Shown: positions 45,378 to 61,790 of the stretch, in pieces
How positions within the stretch are numbered: position 1 is the first letter of the stretch
How the letters are laid out: every line of letters starts with the position of its first letter
Assembly (NCBI RefSeq): GCF_009914755.1
Contig: NC_060932.1
Direction: 5' to 3' (one strand)
Source: the human T2T-CHM13v2.0 reference genome, Homo sapiens
Length of the DNA stretch: 64,000 nt
Notes under the pieces: model-generated
What the model was told of the DNA's origin: nothing
What the model saw: the letters and a program-made list of their open reading frames with translations, nothing else
Database searches by the model: none
Translations under genes and position numbers: made by a program

Positions 45378-46190
45378 AGACTTATCTCCATTTTGTATAT
45401 GGGGCAACTGAAGTTCATAGTGGATATATGATTTAACTAGTAACACAGCACTATTAAATTATAGAGACTGAGCTCAAGTTCTATTCACTTTCTCTATATA
45501 GAGTTCTTTTGAAGTTTGTTCCTGAGTAACTATTTGGTGAAATGGAAAGTCTGTCTTCAGTGGTCTTGGTTTCCTCTCAGATACACCTACAAATATTTAA
45601 CGCTTATGTCTCTATTGGGAAATTACAAGTTCATAGATAAGATGTTTCCCATGGCTTTTACAATGAAGAAAGTATTTTCAGACCACCAAGGTGATAAGAC
45701 AATTTCTGTTTTCTAGTTTCACATCATTCATGAGTTCATCTGGTTTAGATCTTCTTTTGCCCTCATTCCTCAGAATATTTGCTTAAATTATGGCAACACT
45801 CCGTTGAAAATAAAGGCTGAATACCTGATAATTATCTGCAGTGCTGCTAAAAAGAAACAGTGCAAATACAAATAGAAAGGAACTACTTGGCGTCTCATTT
45901 ACAGTCTCCTTATGCACATTGATTCCACTTATATTCTTTTCTATTACTATTAATATTACAAAATGTAACCTTATTGAACATTTACAGCTATGCCTCGTTC
46001 TTTGTCTAATCATCTCAGGTGTTATCATAGGTGAACAGGAAGTGCTACTGAAGTGTTTCCCACGGGACTTAAAGAAAGACTGAAGGGTAAATGTCATCTT
46101 AGAACTTACAAATGCAAGAATTCCACTCTTGACACTTCATCTCACTCCCTGCCTGATTGCTCACAGATGTCACACCCAGAAAACAATGTC

Positions 46191-46519
<329 letters not shown>

Positions 46520-47280
46520 AGAAAGCAATTTCTTAAAGTCATTTATTGCAAATCTTCTTCCTTTGCTTCTTATTGTCAACTAATAATTATTTAACATCCA
46601 TTTGATATATGGAATTGTAGTAAAAACAAGGGTATAACTTCCTATCAGATTTTAAGAGACAAAAAGCATGTGATAGAGACTTTTCAATTACCAAATTAAG
46701 ATAAAAATGCTGGATGGATTCTCATATATTTGCTAGTCATACCTTTATCAGAACACTGAGAAGCCCCCATTTCATTGCCCCAGAACTTTACCTTAAAGCA
46801 TTTGTTTAGAAAGATGGTTTGGAAATCCTGACCCACTTCAGGTTAATAGCACCAAGATGCTTGGTAAGATTGGTAATGTAACCAGTGGTAAGATGTGATA
46901 ACGTAACCAGAGGAAACAAGACTTTATTTGAAACTCTATCAAGGACAGCAGCTTGAGACAATTTTTTTAACTATACTATGAACATTTAAGTATCACAGTT
47001 TGTCTTTTCAGAATGCTAGTTTAAGCTAGGTACGCAAGGTGAGATTAAACGAGGAAAAAAAAAAACAACAGACAGTTGTTATTGGGGGTTTACTATATCC
47101 AAGGAATTTAAAATATATATTTCCTCATTTAATTCATACAAAAACCCAGTGAGATGGATTGTATTGCTCATTTACAGCCATGAAAACTGAAGTCTTCATA
47201 TGAAGTAACTAAACCAAATCCATTAGCTACAATGTAGCCGAGGCAAGATTCAAAACTCTCCAGCTCCAAAATCCAAGTTC

Positions 47281-47582
47281 TTTTTTTTTTTTTGAGACGG
47301 AGTCTCGCACTGTCGCCCAGGCTGGAGTGCAGTGGTGCTATTGCGGCTCACTGCAACCTGCAACCTCTGCCTCCCGGGTTCACGCCATTCTCCTGCCTCA
47401 GCCTCCCGAGTAGCTGGGACTACAGGCGCCCGCCACCACGCCTGGCTAATTTTTTTGTATTGTTAGTAGAAACGGGGTTTCACCATGTTAGCCAGGATGG
47501 TCTTGATCTCCTGACCTTGTGATCCGCTCGCCTCAGTCTCCCAAAGTGCTGGGATTACAGGCGTGAGCCACTGTGCCCGGCC
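47281..47582 (-). mobile_element. AluY/AluSc-type inserted into a MIR
   Basis: cacgccattctcc, ggcgcccgccaccacg and gttagccaggatggtc motifs. Small internal duplication ctgcaacctgcaacc. Confidence 0.93.
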
Positions 47583-49274
47583 CTGAAGTCCAAACTCTTG
47601 CTACCAGGCTATGCCTGTCTCAGTAGACGTGTACATGGGAGTAGTCTGTCAGCTAAGAATGCACATTTAAGGCAGTTTTTGTAACCTGATGCTGCCATTT
47701 GATCACGAACGTGACTGTTTACTCTCTGGATATTAGTTTCTCAATCTCTAAAATGAGGATAATTCCTGATATGGATTTTGAGATTATGTAATGCCTTACA
47801 GAGTGCTCAATAACTTGTAGCTGTTATTATTTCATGATATGAAGAATATAACTTTTCAGTCTGCTCCCAATAATTTGTGGGAGGCAAAAGAAAAAGAACA
47901 AAGTTATTTATGTTTCAGTCACCATGGCACTGCAGTTTTGCTGAAACAACACTGTTTTTTTTTTTTTTTTTGAGATTGTCTTGTCCGTTTAGTTTTTTTT
48001 TCAAAGCAACTGACAAACATGAGTCAATTCATTTTTCTCTTTTTTTCATTATTAGTTTTCATTGCCCTCCTTGTCCAGTTGCCTTTAATAATTTATCAAT
48101 TATGCCTGATCAGGCCTGCTTGGCTGGCACAGCTAAGCTATAAAGAAGAACATGAACAGATGTAAAAAATGCATTTGTTTTCTCTTTTTTGCCAAATGCC
48201 AGGCAAAGAATGGCACCGTTCTGCTTGCCTGCCCCTTTTACTGGTGAGTAGTGCAAAATGGTTCACACAACATCTGCTTTTCTAAAGACCTGCTAGCATT
48301 GCCCACGTATGTCCAGATGTTATCACAGATAAACACAAATATCTGTAGGACTGAAAGTGAACAAACTCTCCTGGGATGCCAAATTCAGTGTTGTTTTGTT
48401 CTGGGGCCTGGGAAAATGGTAAAGGAATGGTAGTATGGATCTAGTGTTTTGATTCCATTTGCAGAAGATTATTTTCCCTCTATAAATTGACTGCCATTTT
48501 AATAACACAGTACTGAAGTGAAAGATGCAGGTTAAGCCACTTAGCTGTGCCCACACCCTCGGGAAGAATGAAAAGGGATGATACATTGCAGAAAATGTCC
48601 TACTGTGAGACAATCAAACCCACATCAAGGCTTCAGAGAACAAAACAAGAATTTGCTTCTCGCCTCAGGAAAACTATGAATCCTTATTAAGGTAAGTTCA
48701 AAATATAAGGAAGTCTTTCCTGCTGTCCCCACCTCTCTTCGCCACCACTACCATCCTTCCTCAAACTGTGGACCACTCTGCCTCTCCTTTATGATTCCAC
48801 TTCTCTCTCTTGGCCTTAGATGAGTGCTCTCAGTCATTCATTTGCCTCCAAATCCCCCCTCAGTGGAGCTTGGGTGGGTGGGGTGAGGAGCTCATTTCAG
48901 CTCTTATACCTATAAGGAAAGAATGAAGAAAAGTCACCCCTCCTGGTCCAGTATCAGAGTGAAGGACATATAAGAGAAATCATCTCAACATACTTAGGTG
49001 TTTGGAGTTAATTAGCTCTATCTCTCCATGAGTGTTCTAGTTTAGTCTGGGCCACACACCTAAAAGGGGCATCTATGTCCCAGAAAAACAGGAGATAAAT
49101 CCTGTTATGCCATAATGAGAATAGAAATTATGATTTGAAGTTGTGTTGTTATTCATGCTCCTCTTCCTGAATGGATCTCTAGCCTTATCCTGTGACAGCA
49201 AGTCTAGATTGACAAATGGAAGAGCATCATCAAATAGCATTTGCATGACAGTCACTGAACATTATATTGTAGAA

Positions 49275-49535
49275 CTGGAGTCACAAACTTTTTTCTATAA
49301 AGGACCAAATATTACAGATTTTCATCTTTGCAGGACATATAATCTCTGTCACAATGACTCAATTTTGCCATTGTAGTGTGAGAGAAGCCATAGACCATGC
49401 AGAAATGAATGGGCATGGCTGTGTTCTCTAAAGCCTTATTATAAAAAACAGGTGGTGCACATGCACATGAGCACACACTCACACAGAAGGTGGCAGACTG
49501 GATTTAGCCCATAGGTCATAGTTTGCTAAACTCTG
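49275..49535. mobile_element. MER58A-like hAT-Charlie MITE
   Basis: Imperfect TIRs (ctggagtcacaaact / agtttgctaaactctg) and a perfect 8-bp TSD TTGTAGAA at 49267-49274 and 49536-49543. Confidence 0.85.
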
Positions 49536-50822
49536 TTGTAGAAAGGAGAAGTGAATATATATTAAACTAATATAAGAAACCACAGTTACTTTTGCCTAAT
49601 ATTTGTAACTATTACTCTGTGGGCCAGTGAGGAATATTTTTCTTCCCCTCTCTGGATGCTTTATTTCATGACTGGAATTTGAACATCTCACTACTCTTCT
49701 TTGATCTGTTTGCTTTATGCAATAAGCATATTTTCAAAAATGACCAAGGTATGAGCCCTGTCTTTGAACAGTGAAAAAATGTGTTATTGATATAGGACAT
49801 AGTAGAAACTAGATAAATTAGAAGAGTAAGAAAGCTTCATAGAGGAAGTGACAAAGTCCGAATCTTGAAGGTTTTACTGGGATTTACTATATTGGGTATC
49901 CCAGGCATTGTGACATTCTAGGTATAATGAGGTCTGCCAGCAAAATAAAAAAAAGACATGAAAAGGCATGAGCATGACCCATTTGGGGAAAGGTAGCATG
50001 TTCTGCAAAAGTTTACTGAAAGGTGAAACTAGGTTGTCATGGTGAGGCAAGGTTGCAGAGGAGGCAAAGTTAGGTTACAGAAGCCCTTGTATACCATGCT
50101 AAGGCACTGCAGGTTTCACCTATACTTTGCTCCCTTGATATGGAGTGGAATCATGGGCAGAGATCCCTGTTAGGTTAGCTCAGTTTAAGGGCTGAGTCCC
50201 ACTCTGCAGCTTGATTCCTCACACGGCCACTGCTGTGTGGCATTGTTCAACCTCTCTGTGCTTCAATTCTTCCATGTTTAGAAGGGGAGAATGATAATAT
50301 AATTAATGCCTACTGCATGGAGTTACTATGAGGATTAAATGAATTAATATTCATAACACCTTTGAACAGGATCTGCAACACAGTAAGGTGGTATACTGGG
50401 ATTATGCTCAGGAATCACCTGACGGGACTTTTTTTTTTCCCCTAAAACACATGACCATTTATCAATAAAAAGAAATAAAAATATTAGGGCAGTCCAGGAG
50501 AAGGTTTCTGAGCCTGAATTTTAGCACTAGGGATAAAAAAGGGGAGGTAGTTATGAGATATAATAAGGAGGTATGTTTTAAAAAAGTTTAATTGCTGATT
50601 GAATGGGCATGACATATCCTTAGAGACAACTGAACATCCCAGCAGAGACTAGTTTTAGTTTGCCATCTGGGTGAATGATAGTGAGGTTTCTGGCTTAGAG
50701 AATCCCGGTGAAGAAGCAGAATTGGGGAGAGTACTCAATATGCTATTCATTTCCTACCCACACTCCTTTATTTAGAAAACAGCCTCTCTTTCCATAGCTT
50801 CTGGAAGGGGCATTGCTTGTGC

Positions 50823-50957
50823 ATGGGGTGCTCATCTAATTTATTATCTAAATGGAGGCATGTTAGCGAGCGAGAATAAGAAGCTGTCAATAATGACTAC
50901 AAAACAGCAGGAATGAGTTAGGATTCTCCAGAGCAAAGTGGGGTACATGGTCCCCCC
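50823..50957. mobile_element. Short hAT (MER94/MER81-like) remnant
   Basis: ggggtgctcatctaatttattatctaaa ... ggtacatggtccccc resemble GGGTGACCAT-type inverted ends. Confidence 0.4.
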
Positions 50958-51059
50958 ACCTGTGAAGCACATGATCCTGTGCCAGTCTACAGTTGACTGC
51001 GAGCAAACGCCTCACCCTGACTTTTGCAATATCTTTTCTGCCTAGAATTTAAGACTAAT

Positions 51060-51480
51060 AAATTGAAAAATTCTTTGTTTAGTAAAAAAATAGTTATTGA
51101 GCGTTAACTATGTACTGGGAAAGGTCCCAAGCACTGCTGATATAGCATTTAACAAAGAAGAAAAAGCTCTACCTTGATGGAATGATATTCTAGTGGAAAA
51201 CTAGATAAAAGATAAATGTATAAATAATGTCTGAGAATGGTAGGTACTGGGGAGAAAAATAAACCAGAGTAAAATGCTAGAAAATGGTAGGGTGCTGCTT
51301 TTAGATTGGGTGGTTACAAATTTGAGGAGGTGATATAGGCAGAGATGTGAATTAAAGAGCAAAGGTGTTTGAAGGCTCTGAGATGGAAATTCGTTTGATG
51401 TGTGTGAGCAAGAGAATGACTCATGTATAGTTAAGGAGGAAACGGGTAATAGAAAATAAGAATAGGGAGGATACAGTTGA
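51060..51480 (-). mobile_element. L2 remnant
   Basis: ttattgagcgttaactatgtactgg...gcactgctgatatagc...ttctagtggaa pattern. More L2 relics at ~49740-50120, 51950-52210 and 62310-63000. Confidence 0.6.
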
Positions 51481-52238
51481 TAACTGGAGGGCAGTCCCTC
51501 AGAACGGGGACTAAATTTGGTTCCTGGCTTTCACAGAGGTACTCGGTTGGTTATATACACAGTAGACACTCTAATTCCTTTACTGTCTTCTAATCACAGC
51601 TAAGTATTGGCAAGTACATGGCTTGGAAATGGACAGGGAAATAGGTTTGGTCAAATGCGTAGTAAAGTCAAGTCTGATCTGGATCTTCTTCAGAAGTTGC
51701 CCCCACTTTTGAAAAGAACTAAATGAATCTCCTTTCTTTCTCTGGATGTCTGGAATTGCAGCCACCATGTTGTGACTTCCCATGAGGGAAGTGGCCCGAG
51801 ATTAAACAAATGTGGCAAGGAAGACTGAGTAGATGTCATGTTTGTCCTTGCCTGTCCATTTTTTTGTTGTATCCTTTTAGTAAATCACTTTTTACTTAAA
51901 TAACCTGGAGTAGGCTTCTACCCCTTCCAGCAGAGCATCTTAATTTCCCTTTTGAACATGCTGAGTTTGATGGACCCATGAGTCTCTCAAAGAGGCAATG
52001 TCTGATTTGAAGTTAAAGGTCCACATCAGAGTCAGAGATAATCATAAGAGAATCATTAACATGCCTCACCACAGAAATGGATGGAATTATCCAGTTAGGG
52101 TGTGGTACATGGAAGGAAAGAGGGCTAGGCACAGACTAGAATACTGGGCTTACTGCTACATTTGAGTGGACAGTTCTTAAAGGAGTGGGCTGAGAGAACA
52201 GGAATGAGAATCAACTGAGGGGACTTTTTTTCCCCCTA

Positions 52239-52645
<407 letters not shown>

Positions 52646-55112
52646 AAAAGACCCAAAAGGTAAAAGAAGACATCTCCTCTCTGGTTTAGTTTTTCATTTG
52701 AGGCAGAGAATTTCTCCTATTCTGTGGATTCTTATTCTAATTTGCTTTGCTAAGCACTGGAGTGGGAGGGGCTCTATCCAGAATGTTCCTGGCATAGACT
52801 CACCTCTTTGGCATGGCCAGTGAGCTCCTTCTATTCGTTTCTGGGCCTCCTGCTTATAGCACCTGTGTCTGCCTCAAATCTCTCATCTCAAGAGTTGGTA
52901 CTAGGGCATATTAGGAGGAGATGTATTTTTAAATCCCTTAGAAAATAGCACTGACAGTAATTGGCTCTTAGATCTCAGTAATGCTTACTGGTTTGATCTA
53001 TAAAAATATCTTTCCTCCCTCCACCCCTACCCATTGCCTTATTTTCTCTTCATGTTGGGAAATGATTTTTCATTTTATTTCCTACTTTGTTCTATGGAGT
53101 CCTGTACCAATTTCACAAATAGGAAAGAAAAGAAAAATCTCTATATTTGTAGAGATTTGTTTTCATGCTGCTGCTTAAATATTGATCTTTAGAAATTTAT
53201 GAAGGATTGCCTGAGGCCTCCTAGGAAGTCTAAATTGGAATTGTGATTTTTCTTCTTGTTGCTTTGTATGAGTCACCAGGAATAAATATTTTTGTTATTT
53301 TTGATGATTATTTTTAAAATAACACTAACACTTTTCTTGGGGCTTAATTCACTGCTGCAGAGGATGTCACCACTGCTTAAAAGCTCTTGGGCAGTCAATG
53401 CTCTCTGTAATTGTTTGATAGAAGTTCTGTGAAATTCCCTTTTCCAGTATGCTCAGCACACATTGTTACTACGCTTCGCTCTCCATAACAAATTTACAAA
53501 TGCCCAAGTTAATAGAAAACTCTTAAGTAAATGTTTTTTCCACGGTTGTTTTTAACACTCCTTAGAGATTCTAGAAACCTCCTGTAAGAAGGTTGTGACC
53601 TTCTGGTTCTTTGTGACTGTGTGCCCAGAAGGAAATTGACTCATATACGGAGAGGCTATGCTTCTAAGGAAAATTCTGACTTGGTAACTTCAAGTTGCTC
53701 TGTGAAACAAATAAGACCTCACACAGTATCCTTCCCTTTTTTTCTGCTTTTGTTTCTTTTGAAGGAAAATGCTAATATTGCCTCTCACTTTTTATGACAT
53801 ATACAAACTTGATGACAACTAGAAGTGATATTGCTTTTAAAAAGTGTTAAATAAAGAATATGCCTGCAGTTGCATAGGTGATGGAGGTGCTGGAATGACA
53901 AGAGCATTGAGGAGACTGTGAAAAATCAGTGGCAGTTGAAGATGTTGGAAATACTCACCATTGAGTCTGCTTTCTCAGTACCATGGAGAGAAGCCTACAC
54001 TAAGCAAAGGAGTATTGGCTATTTGGAAGGTTAAAATAGGTTACCTATAAGTTTTCAAACAATAAATTCTCCAAAGTGTTCAAGAGACTTTTTTTCTTAG
54101 TAATAAAGGAGAAAAAACCTTTTCTTTCATATAATGAGATAAGATTGATGCTTACGTAGTTTGGGCTATGGATCTCCTTTTGTTTGAAAATTTCTAATGA
54201 ATATCTGGCAGTTATGCTTACTACCTATGTAAAGAACAAACACTTCCTTATGATGTGGAGACATAATTAAACTGGAAGGTGGCAAAACTGGTACTGAAAG
54301 AAGGAGCATTCGCTGGGCAGCTGATTCTATATATTAGTGGGATTTTCAATTTCATCCTGGCTTCACTTCTACTTATTTCTGTACTCTGCAGTGGATAGAA
54401 ACTGAAAATCAACCCCTCAATCTATGTTGAAAGTAAGAAAAAAAATTAGAATAATTTTGACTATTTTTAAAATCTATCATTCATGGAACGTTAACTACAT
54501 AAAATCAAGAAACATAAAAATGCAAGAAGAAACCACCATTATTCACTGTTTTGTTTTAAGGTGTGACTCATTGTTCAATTTTCTTTTATATTACAAATAT
54601 TCTCCCTCTCCATGTCTTTGTACCATAAGAAACTTTTTAAAAATAAAAAAAACTATAATAAAAATTATAAGACACTGTAAATGAATGGTTTTAGTCATCT
54701 GAATTTTCTCTGACCCTTAGAATTAAGGAAAAAAAAAAACACACAATAGTTATGGCCAATAATAATTCCTCCTTCTTTGAGGAAATTCAACAGTTTTAGA
54801 ACCAACTTTAAACTATACAACCTGGCATATACACATTTTTAAAAACACACACACAAAATTGTTTACTAAGCAAGAAGGAGAATTCATTAAAGAGCCACGC
54901 CAGCTACAGGAAGTTTAGATTTTAAATGTAAAGAGAGGAGGCAATGGTACCTGACTTTTTACATTTTGATTTATATTGGCTTCTTTCCAGAAAACGCTTT
55001 CACTGGCTTTCAAAAAATTTTTATTTTATCTCCAACCCTTAGACGGAAACCATCTTCAACTGGAAATCAGAACACCTAGGTTTTACTTTTTATTTAGGCA
55101 AAAATGTATTTG

Positions 55113-55423
55113 GAGCCAGGCATGGTGGATCACAACTGTAATCCCAGCACTTTGGGAGGCCAAGGTGGGCAGATAATCTGTGGTCAGGAGTTCGAGATGA
55201 GCCTGGCCAACATGGCAAAACCCCATCTCTACTAAAAATATAAAAATTAGCCAGGTGTGGTCTTGCATGCCTGTGGTCTCAGGTACTTGGAAGGCTGAGG
55301 CAGGAGAATCACTTAAGCCCAGGAAACGGAGGTTGCAGTGAGCCAAGATCACACCATTGCACTGGGCGACAGAGCGAGACTCCATCAAAAATAATAATAA
55401 TGAAATAAATAAATAAATAAAAA
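55113..55423 (+). mobile_element. AluS-type with (TAA/TAAA)n tail
   Basis: Full two-arm Alu, ~200 bp upstream of L1 #3. Confidence 0.92.
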
Positions 55424-55860
55424 GCACATTTGGTCTCCACCTACTGGAAAACAGGCAGGAATTGCTGTGTGTTTCACAGACATGGACCACGAAGAGGATA
55501 AAGTGAGTTAACTTGTTAAGTGCTAAGAAATATTCTCCATAAACTCAAGCTATTATACTTACATAATATGAGTCTCTTCTCTGGAGGCGGTCTTCATGGA
55601 TTGTTTGCCAGCCTAGCCTTAAAAATGTCAGGCATCGAAGATGGCCGAATAGCAACAGCTCCGGTCTACAGCTCCCAGCGTGAGCGACGCAGAAGACGGG
55701 TGATTTCTGCATTTCCATCTGAGGTACCGGGTTCATCTCACTAGGGAGTGCCAGACAGTGGGCGCAGGCCAGTGTGTGTGCGCACCGTGTGCGAGCCGAA
55801 GCAGGGCGAGGCATTGCCTCACCTGGGAAGCGCAAGGGGTCAGGGAGTTCCCTTTCCGAG

Positions 55861-56076
55861 TCAAAGAAAGGGGTGACTGACGCACCTGGAAAATCGGGTC
55901 ACTCCCACCCGAATATTGCGCTTTTCAGACCAGCTTAAGAAACGGCGCACCACGAGACTATATCCCACACCTGGCTCAGAGGGTCCTACGCCCACGGAAT
56001 CTCGCTGATTGCTAGCACAGCAGTCTGAGATCAAACTGCAAGGCGGCAACGAGGCTGGGGGAGGGGCGCCCGCCAT
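55861..56076 (-). CDS. LINE-1 ORF0 (71 aa) of L1 #3
   Basis: MAGAPPPASLPP...HPFL lies within listed ORF 55861-56145. Confidence 0.85.
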   Translation of the reverse strand: MAGAPPPASLPPCSLISDCCASNQRDSVGVGPSEPGVGYSLVVRRFLSWSEKRNIRVGVTRFSRCVSHPFL

Positions 56077-56531
56077 TGCCCAGGCTTGCTTAGGTAAACA
56101 AAGCAGCCAGGAAGCTCGAACTGGGTGGAGCCCACCACAGCTCAAGGAGGCCTGCCTGCCTCTGTAGGCTCCACCTCTGGGGGCAGGGCACAGACAAACA
56201 AAAAGACAGCAGTAACCTCTGCAGACTTAAATGTCCCTGTCTGACAGCTTTGAAGAGAGCAGTGGTTCTCCCAGCACGCAGCTGGAGATCTGAGAACGGG
56301 CAGACTGCCTCCTCAAGTGGGTCCCTGACCCCTGACCCCCGAGCAGCCTAACTGGGAGGCACCCCCCAGCAGGGGCACACTGACACCTCACACGGCAGGG
56401 TATTCCAACAGACCTGCAGCTGAGGGTCCTGTCTGTTAGAAGGAAAACTAACAACCAGAAAGGACATCTACACCGAAAACCCATCTGTACATCACCATCA
56501 TCAAAGACCAAAAGTAGATAAAACCACAAAG

Positions 56532-57548
56532 ATGGGGAAAAAACAGAACAGAAAAACTGGAAACTCTAAAACACAGAGCGCCTCTCCTCCTCCAAAGGAA
56601 CGCAGTTCCTCACCAGCAACAGAACAAAGCTGGATGGAGAATGATTTTGACGAGCTGAGAGAAGAAGGCTTCAGACGATCAAATTACTCTGAGCTACGGG
56701 AGGACATTCAAACCAAAGGCAAAGAAGTTGAAAACTTTGAAAAAAATTTAGAAGAATGTATAACTAGAATAACCAATACAGAGAAGTGCTTAAAGGAGCT
56801 GATGGAGCTGAAAACCAAGGCTCGAGAACTACTTGAAGAATGCAGAAGCCTCAGGAGCCGATGCGATCAACTGGAAGAAAGGGTATCAGCAATGGAAGAT
56901 GAAATGAATGAAATGAAGCGAGAAGGGAAGTTTAGAGAAAAAAGAATAAAAAGAAATGAGCAAAGCCTCCAAGAAATATGGGACTATGTGAAAAGACCAA
57001 ATCTACGTCTGATTGGTGTACCTGAAAGTGATGTGGAGAATGGAACCAAGTTGGAAAACACTCTGCAGGATATTATCCAGGAGAACTTCCCCAATCTAGC
57101 AAGGCAGGCCAACGTTCAGATTCAGGAAATACAGAGAACGCCACAAAGATACTCCTCAAGAAGAGCAACTCCAAGACACATAATTGTCAGATTCACCAAA
57201 GTTGAAATGAAGGAAAAAATGTTAAGGGCAGCCAGAGAGAAAGGTCGGGTTACCCTCAAAGGAAAGCCCATCAGACTAACAGCGGATCTCTCGGCAGAAA
57301 CCCTACAAGCCAGAAGAGAGTGGGGGCCAATATTCAACATTCTTAAAGAAAAGAATTTTCCACCCAGAATTTCATATCCAGCCAAACTAAGCTTCATAAG
57401 TGAAGGAGAAATAAAATACTTTATAGACAAGCAAATGCTGAGAGATTTTGTCACCACCAGGCCTGCCCTAAAAGAGCTCCTGAAGGAAGCGCTAAACATG
57501 GAAAGGAACAATCGGTACCAGCCGCTGCAAAATCATGCCAAAATGTAA
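56532..57548 (+). CDS. LINE-1 ORF1p, intact 338 aa
   Basis: Full-length ORF1 with ARREWG and YPAKLS motifs. Confidence 0.97.
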   Translation: MGKKQNRKTGNSKTQSASPPPKERSSSPATEQSWMENDFDELREEGFRRSNYSELREDIQTKGKEVENFEKNLEECITRITNTEKCLKELMELKTKARELLEECRSLRSRCDQLEERVSAMEDEMNEMKREGKFREKRIKRNEQSLQEIWDYVKRPNLRLIGVPESDVENGTKLENTLQDIIQENFPNLARQANVQIQEIQRTPQRYSSRRATPRHIIVRFTKVEMKEKMLRAAREKGRVTLKGKPIRLTADLSAETLQARREWGPIFNILKEKNFPPRISYPAKLSFISEGEIKYFIDKQMLRDFVTTRPALKELLKEALNMERNNRYQPLQNHAKM

Positions 57549-57587
57549 AGACCATCGAGACTAGGAAGAAACTGCATCAACTAATGA

Positions 57588-61439
<3,852 letters not shown>

Positions 61440-61676
61440 ACAATGAGATCACTTGGACACAGGAAGGGGAATATCACACTCTGGGGACTGTGGTGGGGTG
61501 GGGGGAGGGGGGAGGGATAGCATTGGGAGATATACCTAATGCTAGATGACACGTTAGTGGGTGCAGCGCACCAGCATGGCACATGTATACATATGTAACT
61601 AACCTGCACAATGTGCACATGTACCCTAAAACTTAGAGTATAATAAAAAAAAAAAAATTTAAAAAAAAAAAAAAAA

Positions 61677-61790
61677 TGCAAGTTTAGTTAACATTTTCAG
61701 CCAGCATGCTAAACCTTGTGATGAAGTCATAGGGTCTTATACTCACGATTTGATAACATAATAGAACTATTAAAAGAAGTCTGATTCATT
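61677..61790 (+). other. 114-bp 3' transduction of L1 #3
   Basis: Unique sequence between two poly(A) tracts and inside the TSD. ATTAAA at 61769-61774, ~16 nt before the second tail. Confidence 0.9.

Noticed and set aside
46863-46912. Short imperfect ~24-bp tandem duplication (ggtaagat..gtaaccag)
   Set aside because: Two diverged copies only; ordinary slippage and not an array.
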